Shown in pieces: positions 44,201 to 57,803 of a DNA stretch of 64,000 nucleotides (within the stretch, counting starts at the first letter, position 1; every line of letters starts with the position of its first letter). The stretch spans positions 142,972,001-143,036,000 of the forward strand of contig OZ024742.1 of assembly GCA_964016885.1 (NCBI GenBank), read 5' to 3'. Both the position numbers and the translations under genes were made by a program. The notes below the pieces were generated by a model, which saw only the letters and a program-made list of their open reading frames with translations, did not search any database and was not told the origin of the DNA. The stretch is from Eledone cirrhosa. Lineage: Eukaryota.

Positions 44201-47200
44201 TGACAGCTGCATAAAAAGGTGCAGAGCACTAGAAGTCGATGGAAACCGCGGAGTGGGGAGATCCAAGAAGACCTGGGATGAAGTGATAAAAGCCGACCTT
44301 ACCCAATTACACACGGCCGTGACCTCTGGCGTCATGCAGTAATACAGAAGACCCGACCCCCCACGAGTACAAGCCGAAGCTGAAGCATATAGACAATATG
44401 CCCCCACCACAAGGTGGTCGTGGAGGTGCCACGGCAAAAAAGCACCCAGCCTACACTGTAAAGTGGACGTGTAGGCGCCACGAAAAAGCACCCAGCACTC
44501 ACTGTAAATGAGGTTGGTGTTAGGAAGGGCATCCAGCTGTAGAAATCAAGCCAAATCAGTTCCTGTATGAACAAGGCATGGTCAGCCGACCAGACACTGC
44601 CCACAACAGGACAACCCATCTAACCCATGCTAGCGTGGAAGAACGGACGTAAAACGGTGATAATGATGATGATGATGATCCATCTGTAGAAATCAAACCA
44701 GAATCAGTTCTCATATGAGCAAGACAAGGTCAACCGACCGGACACTGCCCACAACAGGACAACCTGTCTAACCCATGTTACCGTGAAAGAACGGACGTAA
44801 AATGGTGATGATGACATCCATGATTACATTATAAAATTTTTCCTCTTAAGATGCCAAGGTGTAATTTAGCTAATATTTCTAGCAGGTCAAGCAGCCACGT
44901 AAAAGACCCATATTAACTTCCATCCCACTTAAGAAAGAGGAGGCAGGGGGAAAGAGAAAATAGTCAAAACATGATGAGAGCAGAGGCAAAAAAGGGAGAT
45001 AACAAGGGTGCCAGTGAACAAAACAACAAAAAACTGAAAAGAAACAAGAACACTGGAAAATTCGAAATTCATGGAGTTTGGTCCTGGAGAAAAAACAAAA
45101 CAAAATAGGGGAGGTTGACTGGTAGAACAACGTGTTCATTACTACTTACAAGTGAGAAAGTGCAATGATAAGGTTTTTTCTGTGCTTGCCAGTCTCAAGC
45201 AAACTATGGTGTTAAAGTGACAGTAAACCAAGAGGCTGTCCAGCAAGCCCAATTAAAATGTTTAGCTACAAGATTAGAAGTATGCTTGGGTGTTATTTTC
45301 CGATGTCAAGGAGGTGTTTGCTCGAGAAAGTAATTGCTTAGACGACAGCTTCACCCACATATAGAGATTTGCTGAGTTTACAGGTAATGTAATGAATAAG
45401 GTTGGTAGTATGTATTTTGGTTTTAAAAATAGGCACACTGTAAACCTGCCAAGTGTAAAGAAGGGACACTGAACATGAAACACAGCCTCAAAATGTCCCA
45501 CCCAAATCATGCCAGCATGGAAAAATTGAGTAGTAGTGACTTGGAATTAAGCTCAGAGGTTACTTAATGGTGTGCTGTTGGAGATGAAATGGAATATTAC
45601 ATATAGAGCAGGCATGGGCAACCTTTTTTGAGTGGTAGGCCACATGAGTTATGGCTCAACATAAGGTGTGCTGCACTACTACAAAAAGTCAAGGTAATTC
45701 TTAACTAGGTGCGCCATTCAGAAAACCAAATGAGCAGCAGTTTACTCCTGATTAATATAGAGCATTTTACAGTGCCTGATGTAAGTTGTTGAGGGTGGAA
45801 GTAGTTTCTGATCAAGAGGTCAAATACATTTTGGAAGAGAAGTGGGGAAGATTGGTAAAGACAAGCAGTGCCAGTGGCGGGAAAGTGGCAGCAAGGGGAG
45901 ATTTAGCTTTATCTATGCACATATGGATAAGAATTTCAAGGTCTTGGTCTAGGTAGAGCACAGCACTAAATGAAATTTACAGCTCACATATATGCAGGTT
46001 TAGCTGTCCTCACAAAAGGTTGAATCTCATAGGTTTTTCAGGTGCCTTAATAATAGTCCTATCACGAAAAGCAATGTAAATGAAGCATCATGCTAGTGAA
46101 CTCATGTTGCTTAGTCCAGAAATCGAACCTATGACCTTAAGATATCAAGTCCAACACCCTAACCACTAGCCCATTCAGCTTCATACAACTTGATTTTACA
46201 AAAACGAAGGCTAAAAAATGCAATCTCATTTAGCAAAGAATCTTAACATACAAAGAGAAGGTTAAATAATTTTGAAAAAGAAAGAACAACTATTTCATTT
46301 TGTAGACAGTGCTAGGATACAACGCAAATGACTGGAATGAGAAAATGGCAAGCTTATATTTCAGATAGAGAGTAAGACACTAAACACTGAAATTCAGGCT
46401 CAAATGTTTTTAGAGATTTCATGTCCTGTCCTTTGGAAAGCCCTATCTTATCAGTTGTTGTTTAGTTGCAGGCCAGCTTTGATCAAAGGCCCTTTCCAAA
46501 CATGACTCTTTTGTGTTTTCAAAAATGGTTTATCTAAAGCTACATTCTTCAACGAGATCTGTCAGGCCAAGCAACTGTGTAGAGGCTCCTTCAATATATC
46601 AGTTCATCAAGAAGGCAAATAAGTATCAGTTCCATGATATAATGGTTAGCATTAGAAAAACTTCATGTTATAAATCAAGAACTCCTGCAATTACAAGATT
46701 GTGTATATTTACCTGATCAACTAGTATGGAACATTTGGGAGTTAAATGAAAAACAAAAATTCTTTTCAAGGTAAAGAATATGTGACTAAAATCTATTTGA
46801 TCTAATCATCTGCAGAATGGAATATTTTTAAGAGTTGTTTATCTATTTTACATGGCTTATTGGATTTGGACATTTGCATACAAATTGTTGGAAAAGTATT
46901 TATAATACTAACCAATACTAACCATGACTGTATGGTTAAGAAGTTTGCTTTACAACCATATAATTTCAGGTTTGATCCCATTGCACAACAATGGGGAGTG
47001 TCTTCTACTATTGCCTTAAACTGACAAATGAGTGAATTTGGTAAGTGTGTGTGTGTCTGTGTGTAAATCAACATATATATATATATAACCAACAACACTT
47101 TGGTTTTTAGAAAAGGTACATTGTATCTGTGGGATAAGAGGTGACTAAAGAGGTTAACGCAAGGAAAAAGGCAATTCATACCAGAATAGAAAAGTAAAGA

Positions 47201-50200
47201 TAATAACAATCATGTTGAGAGTGCCAAGTATTGCATTGTACCTATAATTTAAAAGTGCAATATGATGGCTATTTGTTTTAAATGAGGATATATTTAATAG
47301 CTGATAACCTCTGTAATATCAACTGCTTAACTTTGAAAAATGTACTATATCAACAATTGGGATAAAAACCACTGAATTAACTCAAAATAACATTCATTCT
47401 TGGTAATTTCTCCTTCCATATATATTATGACAAGACTCACTCTCATTGAAATGTCTAAAAAAGTTTAAACTGATATTATAGGAGTTCATTCCCTTGCTTA
47501 GATTCTTGATCTGAATACCCACAGGAGAATTTCAGTCTTGAAATTGCAAGGATAATAGCAGTTGTGAAGTTTTTTTTGCTTGCCATGTTTAGACTAAGTC
47601 TAATGCATATATACATACCCTCCATACTAGCATGGAAAGTAAAATAATGATGATGCAGAATGTTTCCTCCAAGCATTTTCATCACTACCCATTACACACG
47701 TTACACCACACAGACTGGTTGAGCTTGCATTGTACTGTCACCAGGTTTCCAGTGAGATCAAGGACCTGATCATGGATTACTACAATAATTTCAGGTTGAG
47801 TCACTTTATCAGAATGGTATAAGTTTGTGCCATCTGTGTTATATCCTTTTGCCCTTGCCATAACAAGTTGGGTATATGACAACCTTCAATAAGAGCATTC
47901 ATGGATAACTTCACAACTTCAGTCTCAGGGAATAGATAAAGCCTACAAGGACTTGAGGAACATATCACCAGGGCAAGAAGAGAAGTTCTTTGACTGAAAT
48001 CAAAAAGACACTACTGCCATTCAAGAGGCCAAAGTAGACCTTGAAGCCCAGTTCACCAAAGTCGACTGGTCAAATCTGTCTGACAGATTCAAGGCCTGGA
48101 TATAACAACACACTATCCTGCTCCAAGTCCTGTGGCCTCAGTTGGTTTACACAATCCCAAACAATGGAGTCCCCTGAAAGGCAGATCAGAGGTTTTCTCT
48201 GGAAGAGGCTGGGCCTTGCCATGCAGCACTGTACAGGAACAGTAACATCTTACAGCTCCCATTCAGTGGCTATACTGAAGAGTTTATGGAAGCACAGGAA
48301 AGAGAAGTGCTATAGTATAGAGATTTCAAGGACTAGGAGATATTGCCAGTTGACATCAAAAGAAGGATGGGGAGGAAATAGAGAGTAGAGAAAGCAGTGC
48401 AATGGCAGAATCACACCTAAGACAAAGGCATATTTCCCAAAGACACAGGGCAAGGAAATACATATCAAGGAAGGGGTTCAAACAGATGTGGAGGAAGAGT
48501 AAGCAGGGAATATGTGATATAGCACAAGATGAACTGGTCAAACATCATACAGGTGGATTTTTGGTATGTTTGATTTCTCAGAGCTGGCAGTTCATATCTT
48601 ATGAAGACCAGCTAATTTTCACATCTAAGGTAAAAGATCTCGGCCAGCTCAAAGAAATTCAGTGGAACATCATTTCAGTAGCTGTTCAAAGCCTCACGGA
48701 GAAAGTTTTCTCAGTGGTATCATGACCAGGTGCTGAAGGCATTTTCTGAAAGCATAACCTCTGCTTTCAGCACATAAAAACACCACCATGCCCCAAAGGA
48801 GTAAATTATCTTTAGCAAAAACAAGAAGCAGCCTCCTTTACACAGTCTGTGACTGGTAGGTGCATGTCAAGTCAGAAAACAACCAAAGTTTCTGAGCACA
48901 TCATACCAACATCACTCTTGAGGAATTAAATAACTGATCTTGCTGGAATTTACAGTGTCCTGGGAAGAATGCATTGAGGCTAATGAAAAGCAATGTTCAA
49001 AATACTAGGACAAAGACTGGAAGACACTGTGAACCCACAGTGGTGGGTTGTAGAATGCTCATTCTGCAACTTCCTTAACCTTTTCAAAGAGAGAGAGAGT
49101 CAATACAACAGAAGCTGCAAAGAAAGACACAAGGTGGCCCTGGATTAAATGAGATGATCTATGCGTTGTCACTAGGATGCAAATTGGTGACTGATTAATC
49201 CTGGCTGGGTTGTCTGGCAGGTCCTATTACTGATGATGCACCCCAGTTCATCCATCAGATATATCTTGCTGATCATAAACAATACACAAAGAAAAAATTA
49301 AAACTACTCACTTGTAAAAATTTGCACCACAAGTCTAAAAACTTGAATTTGTCAGCTAAAACAATATTCCAATAGGCCAAAGCCATATCTAGATCTGGAA
49401 AATGAAGCAAGATAATTTAGTGATACATATAGTTATAAGAAAATATATTTTTAAGGATATACTATTTTTATAGGATTGAAGAATATATTACTATTAAGTT
49501 AAAAGCAAGGATCAATAAACTCCATCCCTCTGTCCATTAATAAATTGATTTGATTTGTAATACTTCTAAACCCATTTACTTAACCAGTTAATTACTAATA
49601 AAGGTTGTTGAAATTCAAATGTAATCAATTTTGGGAGTAATATGTAAAACTAAAGGAAAACGAAAAAGAATTGAAGGTAACCAGTCAGGTTTTATATCTC
49701 TAATTTGTGAATAAATTCCTGTATAAAATATTCAAATGTAAGCCAGAAACAATGCATCTGCTAATACAATTTTGTTTATTGGTGGAATGAAGGAACATAA
49801 AATGAAGGATGTAAAATTTCTTCTGAAAAGTTTCATAAGCAAAAATATGAAGAAAAAGTACTTTAGCGTTTAAAAATCTAACAATAAAAGGTTTTAATTT
49901 ATCAGAAACCTTTAAAATCCCCAAACTGGCCATCATAAGCTGTCATTGAATGATATGACAGGATTTTACAAAGGATTATCAGCAAACAAAAATCCTCTTG
50001 TGAATAAATTTCTCATCAGTTAAGTATATTATACATTTTAGAATAAACACTTTATTGTTATTGGTTTTATGTTGTTTTGTCCATTATGGGTTTACACAAA
50101 CTGGAAGTATTTGGCCAATTTAGCCTCAGTAGAATCTTCTATGTTTGTGTTTTAGATTGTGTGTCAAATTCTGAAGTTTGTCATTGTTGCTGAATTGATT

Positions 50201-53200
50201 CCTTTCAACAACTGCTTAAAAGGTACCTCCATTGGTTGTTATACACTCCATCATCCATGAGGTGAACTCGTCTGCGTTGTAGTTGAAATACAGACCCTCA
50301 CACGATAACGAATACAGTGAGGTGGACAGCTGAAAATGTAGATTAATATGATCTCAAGTCAGCTATGGTCCTATCAGAGTTCGTCATTGGAATTGCCAAC
50401 AAATTAACTCTTATAGCATTGGATGTCTGTGATTTACGAACATGGTTGGAGTTTGTTCGTAATGTTGTGGATTCAGTGGGTTGAGTGGCTCCAACCCTGA
50501 CCTACGTGAACACTGGCACGAGTTTTATCCACCATGCAGTAGTTAATAAAATCCCAAACCATTAATGTTATCAGCAAAGCTTTAAAAATATAAAGAAACT
50601 CTTCAGATATGCTAAGTTTTAATGATAGCCTAAAAAAGATTAAGACATTAGATTCCCAAATAACCTACTTGTTAAATTGTTGAATAAAATAATAGTAATT
50701 TAATATTTCAAATTAAAAGGTAAATTTGATAAAATTTCAATCAGTGTTGTGTATGAATAACAAATACTTACCTAAACCTTTTTGTCCAGGATTTTTAGCA
50801 TAATTGAATGTAAATTGATAAAATTCTTTGAACTTTGTATTGTCTCTAATAATTTGTTCTAGTGATGGACATTTATCACGAAGTTTATCAGCTGTATCAC
50901 ATCTGAAAATTTATCAAGACAGCACTTCGCTTTTATTGTATTCTTTTAAGAAATAAGGATAAAACACACATTTAAAAAAAAAATTGAATTCTGATGAATT
51001 ATTTGACAAAAATCAGACAGTTATCACAATATTATTTGGGAAAAGTAGAATAATACTCAAGTATTACATATTCTTAAAAACATAGCATAATCTAACCTAA
51101 CTAAAACTAATAGCAGATCCCTGACAAAACAAAAGAGGCACTGGATAATGTAATCTTGAAGACAAGATGGAATGATGATGGCGAGAGAATATCATGGGTT
51201 ATAAGTCTAATTGATTGCAGTCAACCTGGAGCTAACCAACATCTACCCTTATTGAAAGTCTTGAACCCTTCTTTATTACAATAGACATTCTGTTCCTGAG
51301 AGACTGCCAATTAACCTGTTGTACCTCTGGTTTTTATTGTTACCACCAGACATCCTCACTAATTCTAGCATGAGGTATTAATTATATGAAGTTATATATT
51401 CTGTAGAGCATAAGGTAACATATGGTTACTCAACTTGCTAAAATAGCAGCTAAATCGCATCGCAATGTCATGAAACTGACCTACTGAACAACATAATCCT
51501 AGAAAAACAAAAGGACACAACTAAAATGTCTTTGATCATAAATCTGTTTGATAAAGGCTAGATACAATAATAAAAAAGAAAATATTAAAAACAATCAAAT
51601 AATGAAGTTCATTTGGAGTTCAATGGCAAAAAATGTTTTGAAACTTCCCTTATTTCTTAACATAATCTAACCCTATCAATACCAAACCGCCTCTGGTCTT
51701 GCAATATAAAACATAATTTTATGTAAGAACCTGTATTAAGTTATGTTTCAAACACCAGCTTAATTGCAAGAAAGTTATATTACTAAACGCTTCGAAATTC
51801 TAAATTCTTGATTATTTTCAAAATTATTTGAAAATCATAGGCAGTGTCTTATTTGAAATATAACAATAGTGGAATGTTTTCGTCACTTTAGACTAATTGG
51901 AATGGATAGCTTAATGAAGGGATCCTTTGTTAAAGATAGGGAAAGTGGATATCATCACCATCATTTTCATTTCAGCTTTTCCCTGCTGAACTTTTTGAGG
52001 CAATACTCTACAGATGTTCTTGCCCATATCAAGCCTTATTTCTAAATATGATACTTATTCCACTAATGCTTACTTGTCAAACAACTAAGATAGCAGATAA
52101 ATGGCACTGTCTCTGCAAAATGTTTTCACACTGACACCACTTAAAAAAATACACACAATGGGCTTCTGCATGGCTTCCATATCAAATCTCAATCACTAGA
52201 GCACTGGTCAGTCCAAAGCAAAAGAAGATACTTGCTCAAGGTATCATGCACTAGGATGGCACCCAAAAGTACCTAGTTGTGAAGTGAAATTCATGACACA
52301 GTCAACAAGCTAAACCAGACACATCCATCCAGCAATAATTAGCAAAAACTATTAACTTCCTACAATCCATCATTTATATATTCAAACTCAATACATGACT
52401 GGTATTTAAAATAGAAATGGTAATGTATTAAACTACATGCATGCAGTTTTATCCCTCTTCATTCTGAATTCAAACCCCCCACAAAAACATAAACATGCCA
52501 AAACTAATGATAATCTATATTATTTGCTTGCCATGATCTGTTTAAACAACCTCAACTATGAAACAAAATTGAAGACAACTGAAATCGATAAAATAATGAA
52601 ATAAATCAGTGTTATGCTTTAAATAACAATAACTATGAAAGGATGAAGATATAATGAAAATATTTGACAAGTTAGAAAACTTATGAAGATCTATAAATTT
52701 ATACATCAAAATAGAACATATATAAAATATGAAATTTCCATTGGCCCTACTAGAAATAATTGTTTTTATTTTTGGCACAGGGCCAGCAATTTGAAGGGAA
52801 GGGGAAAGTCGATTAAATTGACCTCAGTATGTAGTAGTTTATTTTATCAATCCCGTAAGGATTGAAATCCGCGTGATATGAAATCAGCCCGTAATGGGCT
52901 GTAACTATATGCTACAAAGTATGTTGTCCAACACCTTACCTATACTACCGCCCTCCTGTTAGTAATAATAATAATAATGTTTTTTCTTTTTATTAGTTGC
53001 AAAAGCCTCCCAATGAAGAACAATTAAATCTACAAGCCATAGCCTCAAGCCTGATGTAAGGAATGTTGACCACAAGTTTTTACATATCAAATCTACAGAA
53101 GCATTCATGTCATATTTTTTAAAATGAAACAATCCAGAAGAAGCAACTTACCCTAAATCTGTCATACCTTGGAAGAACTCATCTCTTGTAAACTCACATT

Positions 53201-53320
53201 GCGTTTCTGCTTTAAATTTCCAAGCAATTATCAAGACTATCCTTGATTCTGGATTTAAGCCAAGATCTTCAAGAAAGCGATAAACGCCATCGGCCATCAT
53301 TTTATCCGACTCATAAGGAT
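38128..53320 (-). CDS. DCUN1D1: DCN1-like protein 1/2 (DCUN1D1; cullin neddylation co-E3, PONY domain), last five coding exons
   Basis: join(complement 53152-53320, 50772-50902, 49312-49394, 41418-41514, 38128-38207). Translation contains [59 protein letters not shown] and [20 protein letters not shown]...STTV*. The N-terminal UBA exon was not found in the window. Confidence 0.96.
39380..39605 (+). mobile_element. Degenerate RTE 3' end
   Basis: RLHWYGH, GRPR, acccatgcaagcgtgga tail motif. Confidence 0.7.
41418..41514 (-). CDS. DCUN1D1: DCUN1D1 exon ([32 protein letters not shown])
   Basis: 97 nt, tttag/gtaggt. Confidence 0.96.
42228..44814 (+). mobile_element. Nested RTE LINEs: outer 42228-42670 + 44680-44814; inner 42671-44679
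   Basis: The inner copy carries RT (MKMGKA, NYRGIKL, DLEKAFD, LLYADD), the PHD-like finger and (TGA)n; the outer 3' UTR breaks at gggcat| and resumes with cca.ctgtagaaatcaa. Confidence 0.93.
45609..45780. mobile_element. Possible hAT-like MITE
   Basis: CAGGCATGGGCAACCTT start and ..cagtgcctg end. Confidence 0.4.
47690..49270 (+). mobile_element. Degenerate HERO-like (NeSL/R2-group, RLE) non-LTR retrotransposon
   Basis: Fragmentary translation [82 protein letters not shown] resembles HERO ORF motifs as recalled. Confidence 0.7.
49312..49394 (-). CDS. DCUN1D1: DCUN1D1 exon ([28 protein letters not shown])
   Basis: 83 nt, ttccag/gtgagt. Confidence 0.95.
50340..50530 (+). repeat. Old interspersed repeat; homolog of 63100-63280 in inverted orientation
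   Basis: gttcgtaatgttgtggattcagtgg vs reverse complement gttcgtgatgctgtggattcagtgg. Confidence 0.6.
50772..50902 (-). CDS. DCUN1D1: DCUN1D1 exon ([16 protein letters not shown]...[17 protein letters not shown])
   Basis: 131 nt, tttcag/gtaagt. Confidence 0.95.
52760..52935 (-). mobile_element. SINE family A
   Basis: reverse complement of body and tail. Confidence 0.8.
53152..53320 (-). CDS. DCUN1D1: DCUN1D1 exon ([57 protein letters not shown])
   Basis: 169 nt, ttacag/gtaagt. Confidence 0.95.
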
Positions 53321-53479
53321 CTGTAAATTTGTTAAATTGGATAAAAGTTTTAGCTATATTTTTTTAATTTATTTAAAACATACTTTTTAATTAAAAAATT
53401 TTTCAAAATATAAAACTGAAATGATAACTTTTTTTGTGCTAAGTTTTTTTCTGCCATGAGAGTAGAATTTTATAATTCT

Positions 53480-54130
53480 ACTCTCATGACGTCTGAGGTG
53501 GCCAGGACACAAGCCAACCATATCGCCATTGCCGCTCACTGGGAACGATCTCAGGACAGCTATTATGCAGAGCCAGGGAAAGATTACTGGCTAGAGCTAG
53601 GATGTCCCAGGTGTTGGCTAGGGTGTTCAAGTGTTTATGACGAAACGCTGATAGGACATCCAGTATGGGCTGAAATACAGTGTCGCTCGTGGCCAGCACA
53701 AGTACCACAGCCAAAAGATCGTACTCATTTAGTTTAAGGCTGACTGTCAGTTGTTTTGTGCAGTCGGAAATGGTCTGCGGGCAGCACTAGAGGGCCGAGA
53801 GGCTTGCAGATGGAAGCGACGTCGTACTTGAGCCTCAATGTCATGGAGGGGTTCTGATCCCTCCCCTGCCACCAGGATCCCAAGTGTGAAGGTCACAAAA
53901 CTGAACAGTTTGGTCCAGTCTTGCAGGCCACCCAAGTTAAGCACTCGATCAATAGACAGTGCTAGCGCTTTCGCTGCAAGAGTGCGAGCAGCTTTTGGGA
54001 TCCTGGTGAAGACTCATCATGACTGCCCGAGCCAGGAGATTGGCACCAGGGCCTTGTCTAGGTCAAGCAGTTACAAGTCCCTGTTGAGCTGAGCACCTGT
54101 GGCGTTGAGGGGGGATAGGCATTGTAGGAA
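53480..54130 (-). mobile_element. GC-rich CRE-like retrotransposon fragment (pre-RT region)
   Basis: Minus-strand FTRIPKAARTLAAKALALSIDRVLNLGGLQDWTKLFSF resembles the RIPKxAR..W..L..F motif upstream of the CRE RT. Confidence 0.55.
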
Positions 54131-54732
54131 ATGCCACTGGTGCAAGAATTACGACACACGCTGAGTGAATTTGACACAAAAAAGCTGGAAGAAACTGTTA
54201 CAGTTGGTGCAGTTTCATCATTTCTTGCACCTGTTGCTTATGGCAGACAAGTGGCACTGGTTGACATCTCATAGGGTGGAAAACTGAGGAGAGGCAGGTA
54301 TTTTAACTAGGGTGTTGGGGTGGAAGCAGAAAATTGTAATAGGGAGAGTATGGGGGTGGTTGGTAGATGTGTAGTGGGATAGAAAGAGGGAGAAGTAGAA
54401 AGAGAGTAATGAAGGGAAAATAGGATAGGTGTGTGGAGGGAAAGAGAGACGAGGTAAATAGATAGGTGGAAGGGTTCCATGAAGGGAGAGAACAAAGAGA
54501 ATAAAATGTATAGATCTAAATTTGTTAGGTGGCATTTATAGTAAGTAAAAAAAGAGGGGCGGGGTGAGAGGACCCCAACAAAGAAAATTTGGTATTACAT
54601 TGGCATAATCAAGCGGTGACTATTTCAAGTATTTGAAAAGATTTTAATAATTCCAAATTATTAAACACAATCTGCAGAAAATCCTTTAGCTTCAGTGACA
54701 ATGAGTTGTACTGGGTATGTGTGTGTGTGTGT

Positions 54733-55540
54733 ATCATCATCATCATCATCATCAACGTTTAACGTCCGTGTTCCACGCTTGCATGGGTTTGGACGGGGGT
54801 AGTCCCACTTGAGGCAAGAGTGATTGTATTGCTCGCATAGGACTGTCTGGCAGGTTTTCTACAGTTGGATGCCCTTCCTAACACCAACCACATTTACAGT
54901 GTGGGTCTGGGAGGTTTTTACCGTGTTGCCTACACGGCCACATTACAGCGTGGACTGTGTGTTTTTTTGTCGTGACACCTACACGATCTCATTTGTTTCG
55001 GCCTCGATGGCGCGGCACCAACATAACTTTACATAGAACGGGGTGGTGTGGATGGGGTAGGAGTGGGGGTGGTGGGACGGGGTGTATTTTGTTAGGGATG
55101 CCTACTGGCTGGAGTAGGTTTTACTATATATTTAGGTAAGGCGGGTCTTCTCTGTTACTGAGTACCGCCAAAGGTCTCGGTCCAGTGACATTGTCTTGGA
55201 GAGGTGTAAGTGTGTGATGTCGGAGTTTATCAGCTCGTCCCAGGTTTTTCTAGGTCTGCCTATTCCGTGACTACCGTCTATCTTTATTGCCCTGCACTTT
55301 GTTATACAGCTATCGACTTTCATGCGCATCACGTGTCCATACCAACGTAGCCTTCTCTCGAGTAAACAACATCTGATCCCTCTTATCTCTAATTTTTTCC
55401 TTAGTTCGTTTATGCTTTGCCGTTCACGTATATTACTGTTACACATCCAGCGGAGCATGCAAGCTTCGTTCCTCTCTAGTCTGCGTATATCCTCTGCACA
55501 CAATGCCCAGGTCTCACTGCCATGCAGCATTGCTGTTCGA
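54733..55540 (-). mobile_element. RTE LINE 3' end (related subfamily)
   Basis: ORF 55132-55530 [25 protein letters not shown], 3' UTR and (TGA)n. Confidence 0.92.
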
Positions 55541-56519
55541 TATATATATATATAGATACACCATGTAATACAATGGCTGCAGCCTAATGATGTCCATCAT
55601 CCCCATACCAGTATTAGTGCAGTTTGGCTGCTTTTATGAGAGGATGGTGTATGGTTTTGAAGGACATGTTTGAATTTTGATGCAACTTGTGTGTATGTGT
55701 CTGGTGGGTGGAATTGATTGTAGGATTATCTTAGTTTTACATAGGACATATTTCATATTTTACAGGCAAAGCTAACTGGCAGGAGACCCAGAAGTCGACC
55801 ACAACCAAGATGATTGGATAGCATCAATAATCTCAGTTGGTCCTGCTTGCTTGATAGGATATTCTGGAAAGCATGTCTGAAGAATGCTCCAACAAATATC
55901 TCAGAAATAAGTGTGTGAAAAAGATATATATATATAATTGTGATATGTGTGTGTGTATATATCAGAGGGACCAATTATTAGGTTTGTAAATAAATATCCA
56001 AAATACATGTATTTATATTGATCTATCACAAAATATGTATCCAGTATAAACCGCAAGAGTTAATTTTTTGTTGGCCTCACCCAGACTGGGTTGAATTGGC
56101 TCTAAACAGTAAATCCACAGCCTCACAAGAGAGGCCACTCATGCTTGCTGATTACAGACACCCAGCGTGGATATTATTAGCCAGTCATGACTCCAACAGC
56201 AGACAACATATATGGACCAAATATTAGCTCAAGATCCAACTTGAACATGTCAATCCATGTCTTCAACTGTCTACTCTACCGAGTAAGTCATTTGAAAAGA
56301 GGCTCTAACATAACTACATTGCAAATGAGTTCACTTTTTGGACAGCAGCAGAGAGATTAACCAATCCAAACATTGGCACTATCTGAAAATTTGTTGGAAG
56401 AAATAGATCTAGCTGTGATGAATTTTGAAGTCTGTTGCAAAATATAATGGGTGAACATGGAAGATTTGACGAAAGGCAAAAGTGGTTAAATTCTTTCAGC
56501 TTACACAAGTCTGTTGCTC

Positions 56520-57330
56520 TCATTGGCCATGTCTTGCGGCCATATAGAACGATGGTGAGAATGAATGCTTGGTAGATTTGTGGTCAGATAGATTTGACCA
56601 TGAACAGAGTTGACTTTCAAGATGACGGAATGTAGCATGAGCACAGTTGATGTGGATATCATGTCTTTACCTTGGCAAGTAGCATTGAAAGTGCTGTTTG
56701 AATTGATCAACGCCTTCTTAAATCTTGTAATTGAATACAATGGGGATCCTATCAGAAGTTGAGATGCAGCAGATACTATCTTATTTTTGGCTGCATTGAT
56801 TTTTCTGCTAACAAGTGACATGTAAACAGTTCAACAGCTGATTGAATGTCAAATTCAGTGACATTGAAGTCTTGTCCCACAGCAACATTTGTGAAATCCT
56901 TCAGGACATGCCTTACAATTCAGTTGATGGCATGGTTGAAGAGTATCAGAAACAGAACACAGCCTTGCTAGACATCTGAACAAATTCTGAAAGAATCAAA
57001 TCCTTTGCTGTAATATGCTCTAAGATTATTTTCTTTGGTGTATGCAACACCATCATATAAGCTGAACAAACTCTCCACCCATGTGTCCTTATCTTGATAT
57101 CAACACCATTGAATATGGTTGGGTGTGAAAGCAAGAGTGTAGTGCTACAACCACCCAAACTGCTTGACTAAAAATTCCCATGTACATCTACCTCAGGATT
57201 TGGCGGCTATTGGCAGCACAGACCTCTGCATCTAAGTAATATACAGCAGGTCTCTGTCCTATAAAAAACCAAGAGACATTTGTTCTGATATTTGGAGGTT
57301 TCCTATGTCAACACTCCTACTGACATTCAA
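56520..57330 (-). mobile_element. Very degenerate RTE/BovB-like RT fragment
   Basis: Traces of GC..P, GVDIKIRTHG and YQAFILTIVLYG. Confidence 0.5.
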
Positions 57331-57803
57331 TTGCAATGGATTACACTATTCTAAAGTGTGTATGCTTACAGACGGAGACTGTCTGCAAAAACTATCTCGT
57401 GATTTTCTTCCCTCTGAAACCCAAGCATATTCAGTACAGTGGTATAATTTTTACTCATTGTAATTGCACTGTTTTTATATATATTAAGAAAAGAAATAAA
57501 CTTACATTTTACTCAGTATAAAATATAAATTAACAAAAATAGAGTAATGCTTTTAGTTTTGCCCTTTAAAATTCCTAGGATTATTTACAAAAATTAAGCT
57601 GTACTCATGGAAATTAAAATTAGATACCGAGACATATTTACAGCACATTTTGGAGGTTTTTCCAAACAGCAGAACTGGAACTTTTAGGCCTAATGTTTAG
57701 CTGCAACTTTAGTTGCTTTTTGTTTTTTACCCTCAACTCTAAGGTTAAAATTTGTTTTAATGACGTTTTAGCTTTCTATATTCAAAGTTAACACTAAAAT
57801 GTA

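Noticed and set aside
54270-54560. Purine-rich ORF-bearing tracts (also 7360-7660 and 58210-58300)
   Set aside because: Low-complexity or repeat-derived; the translations are compositional artefacts.
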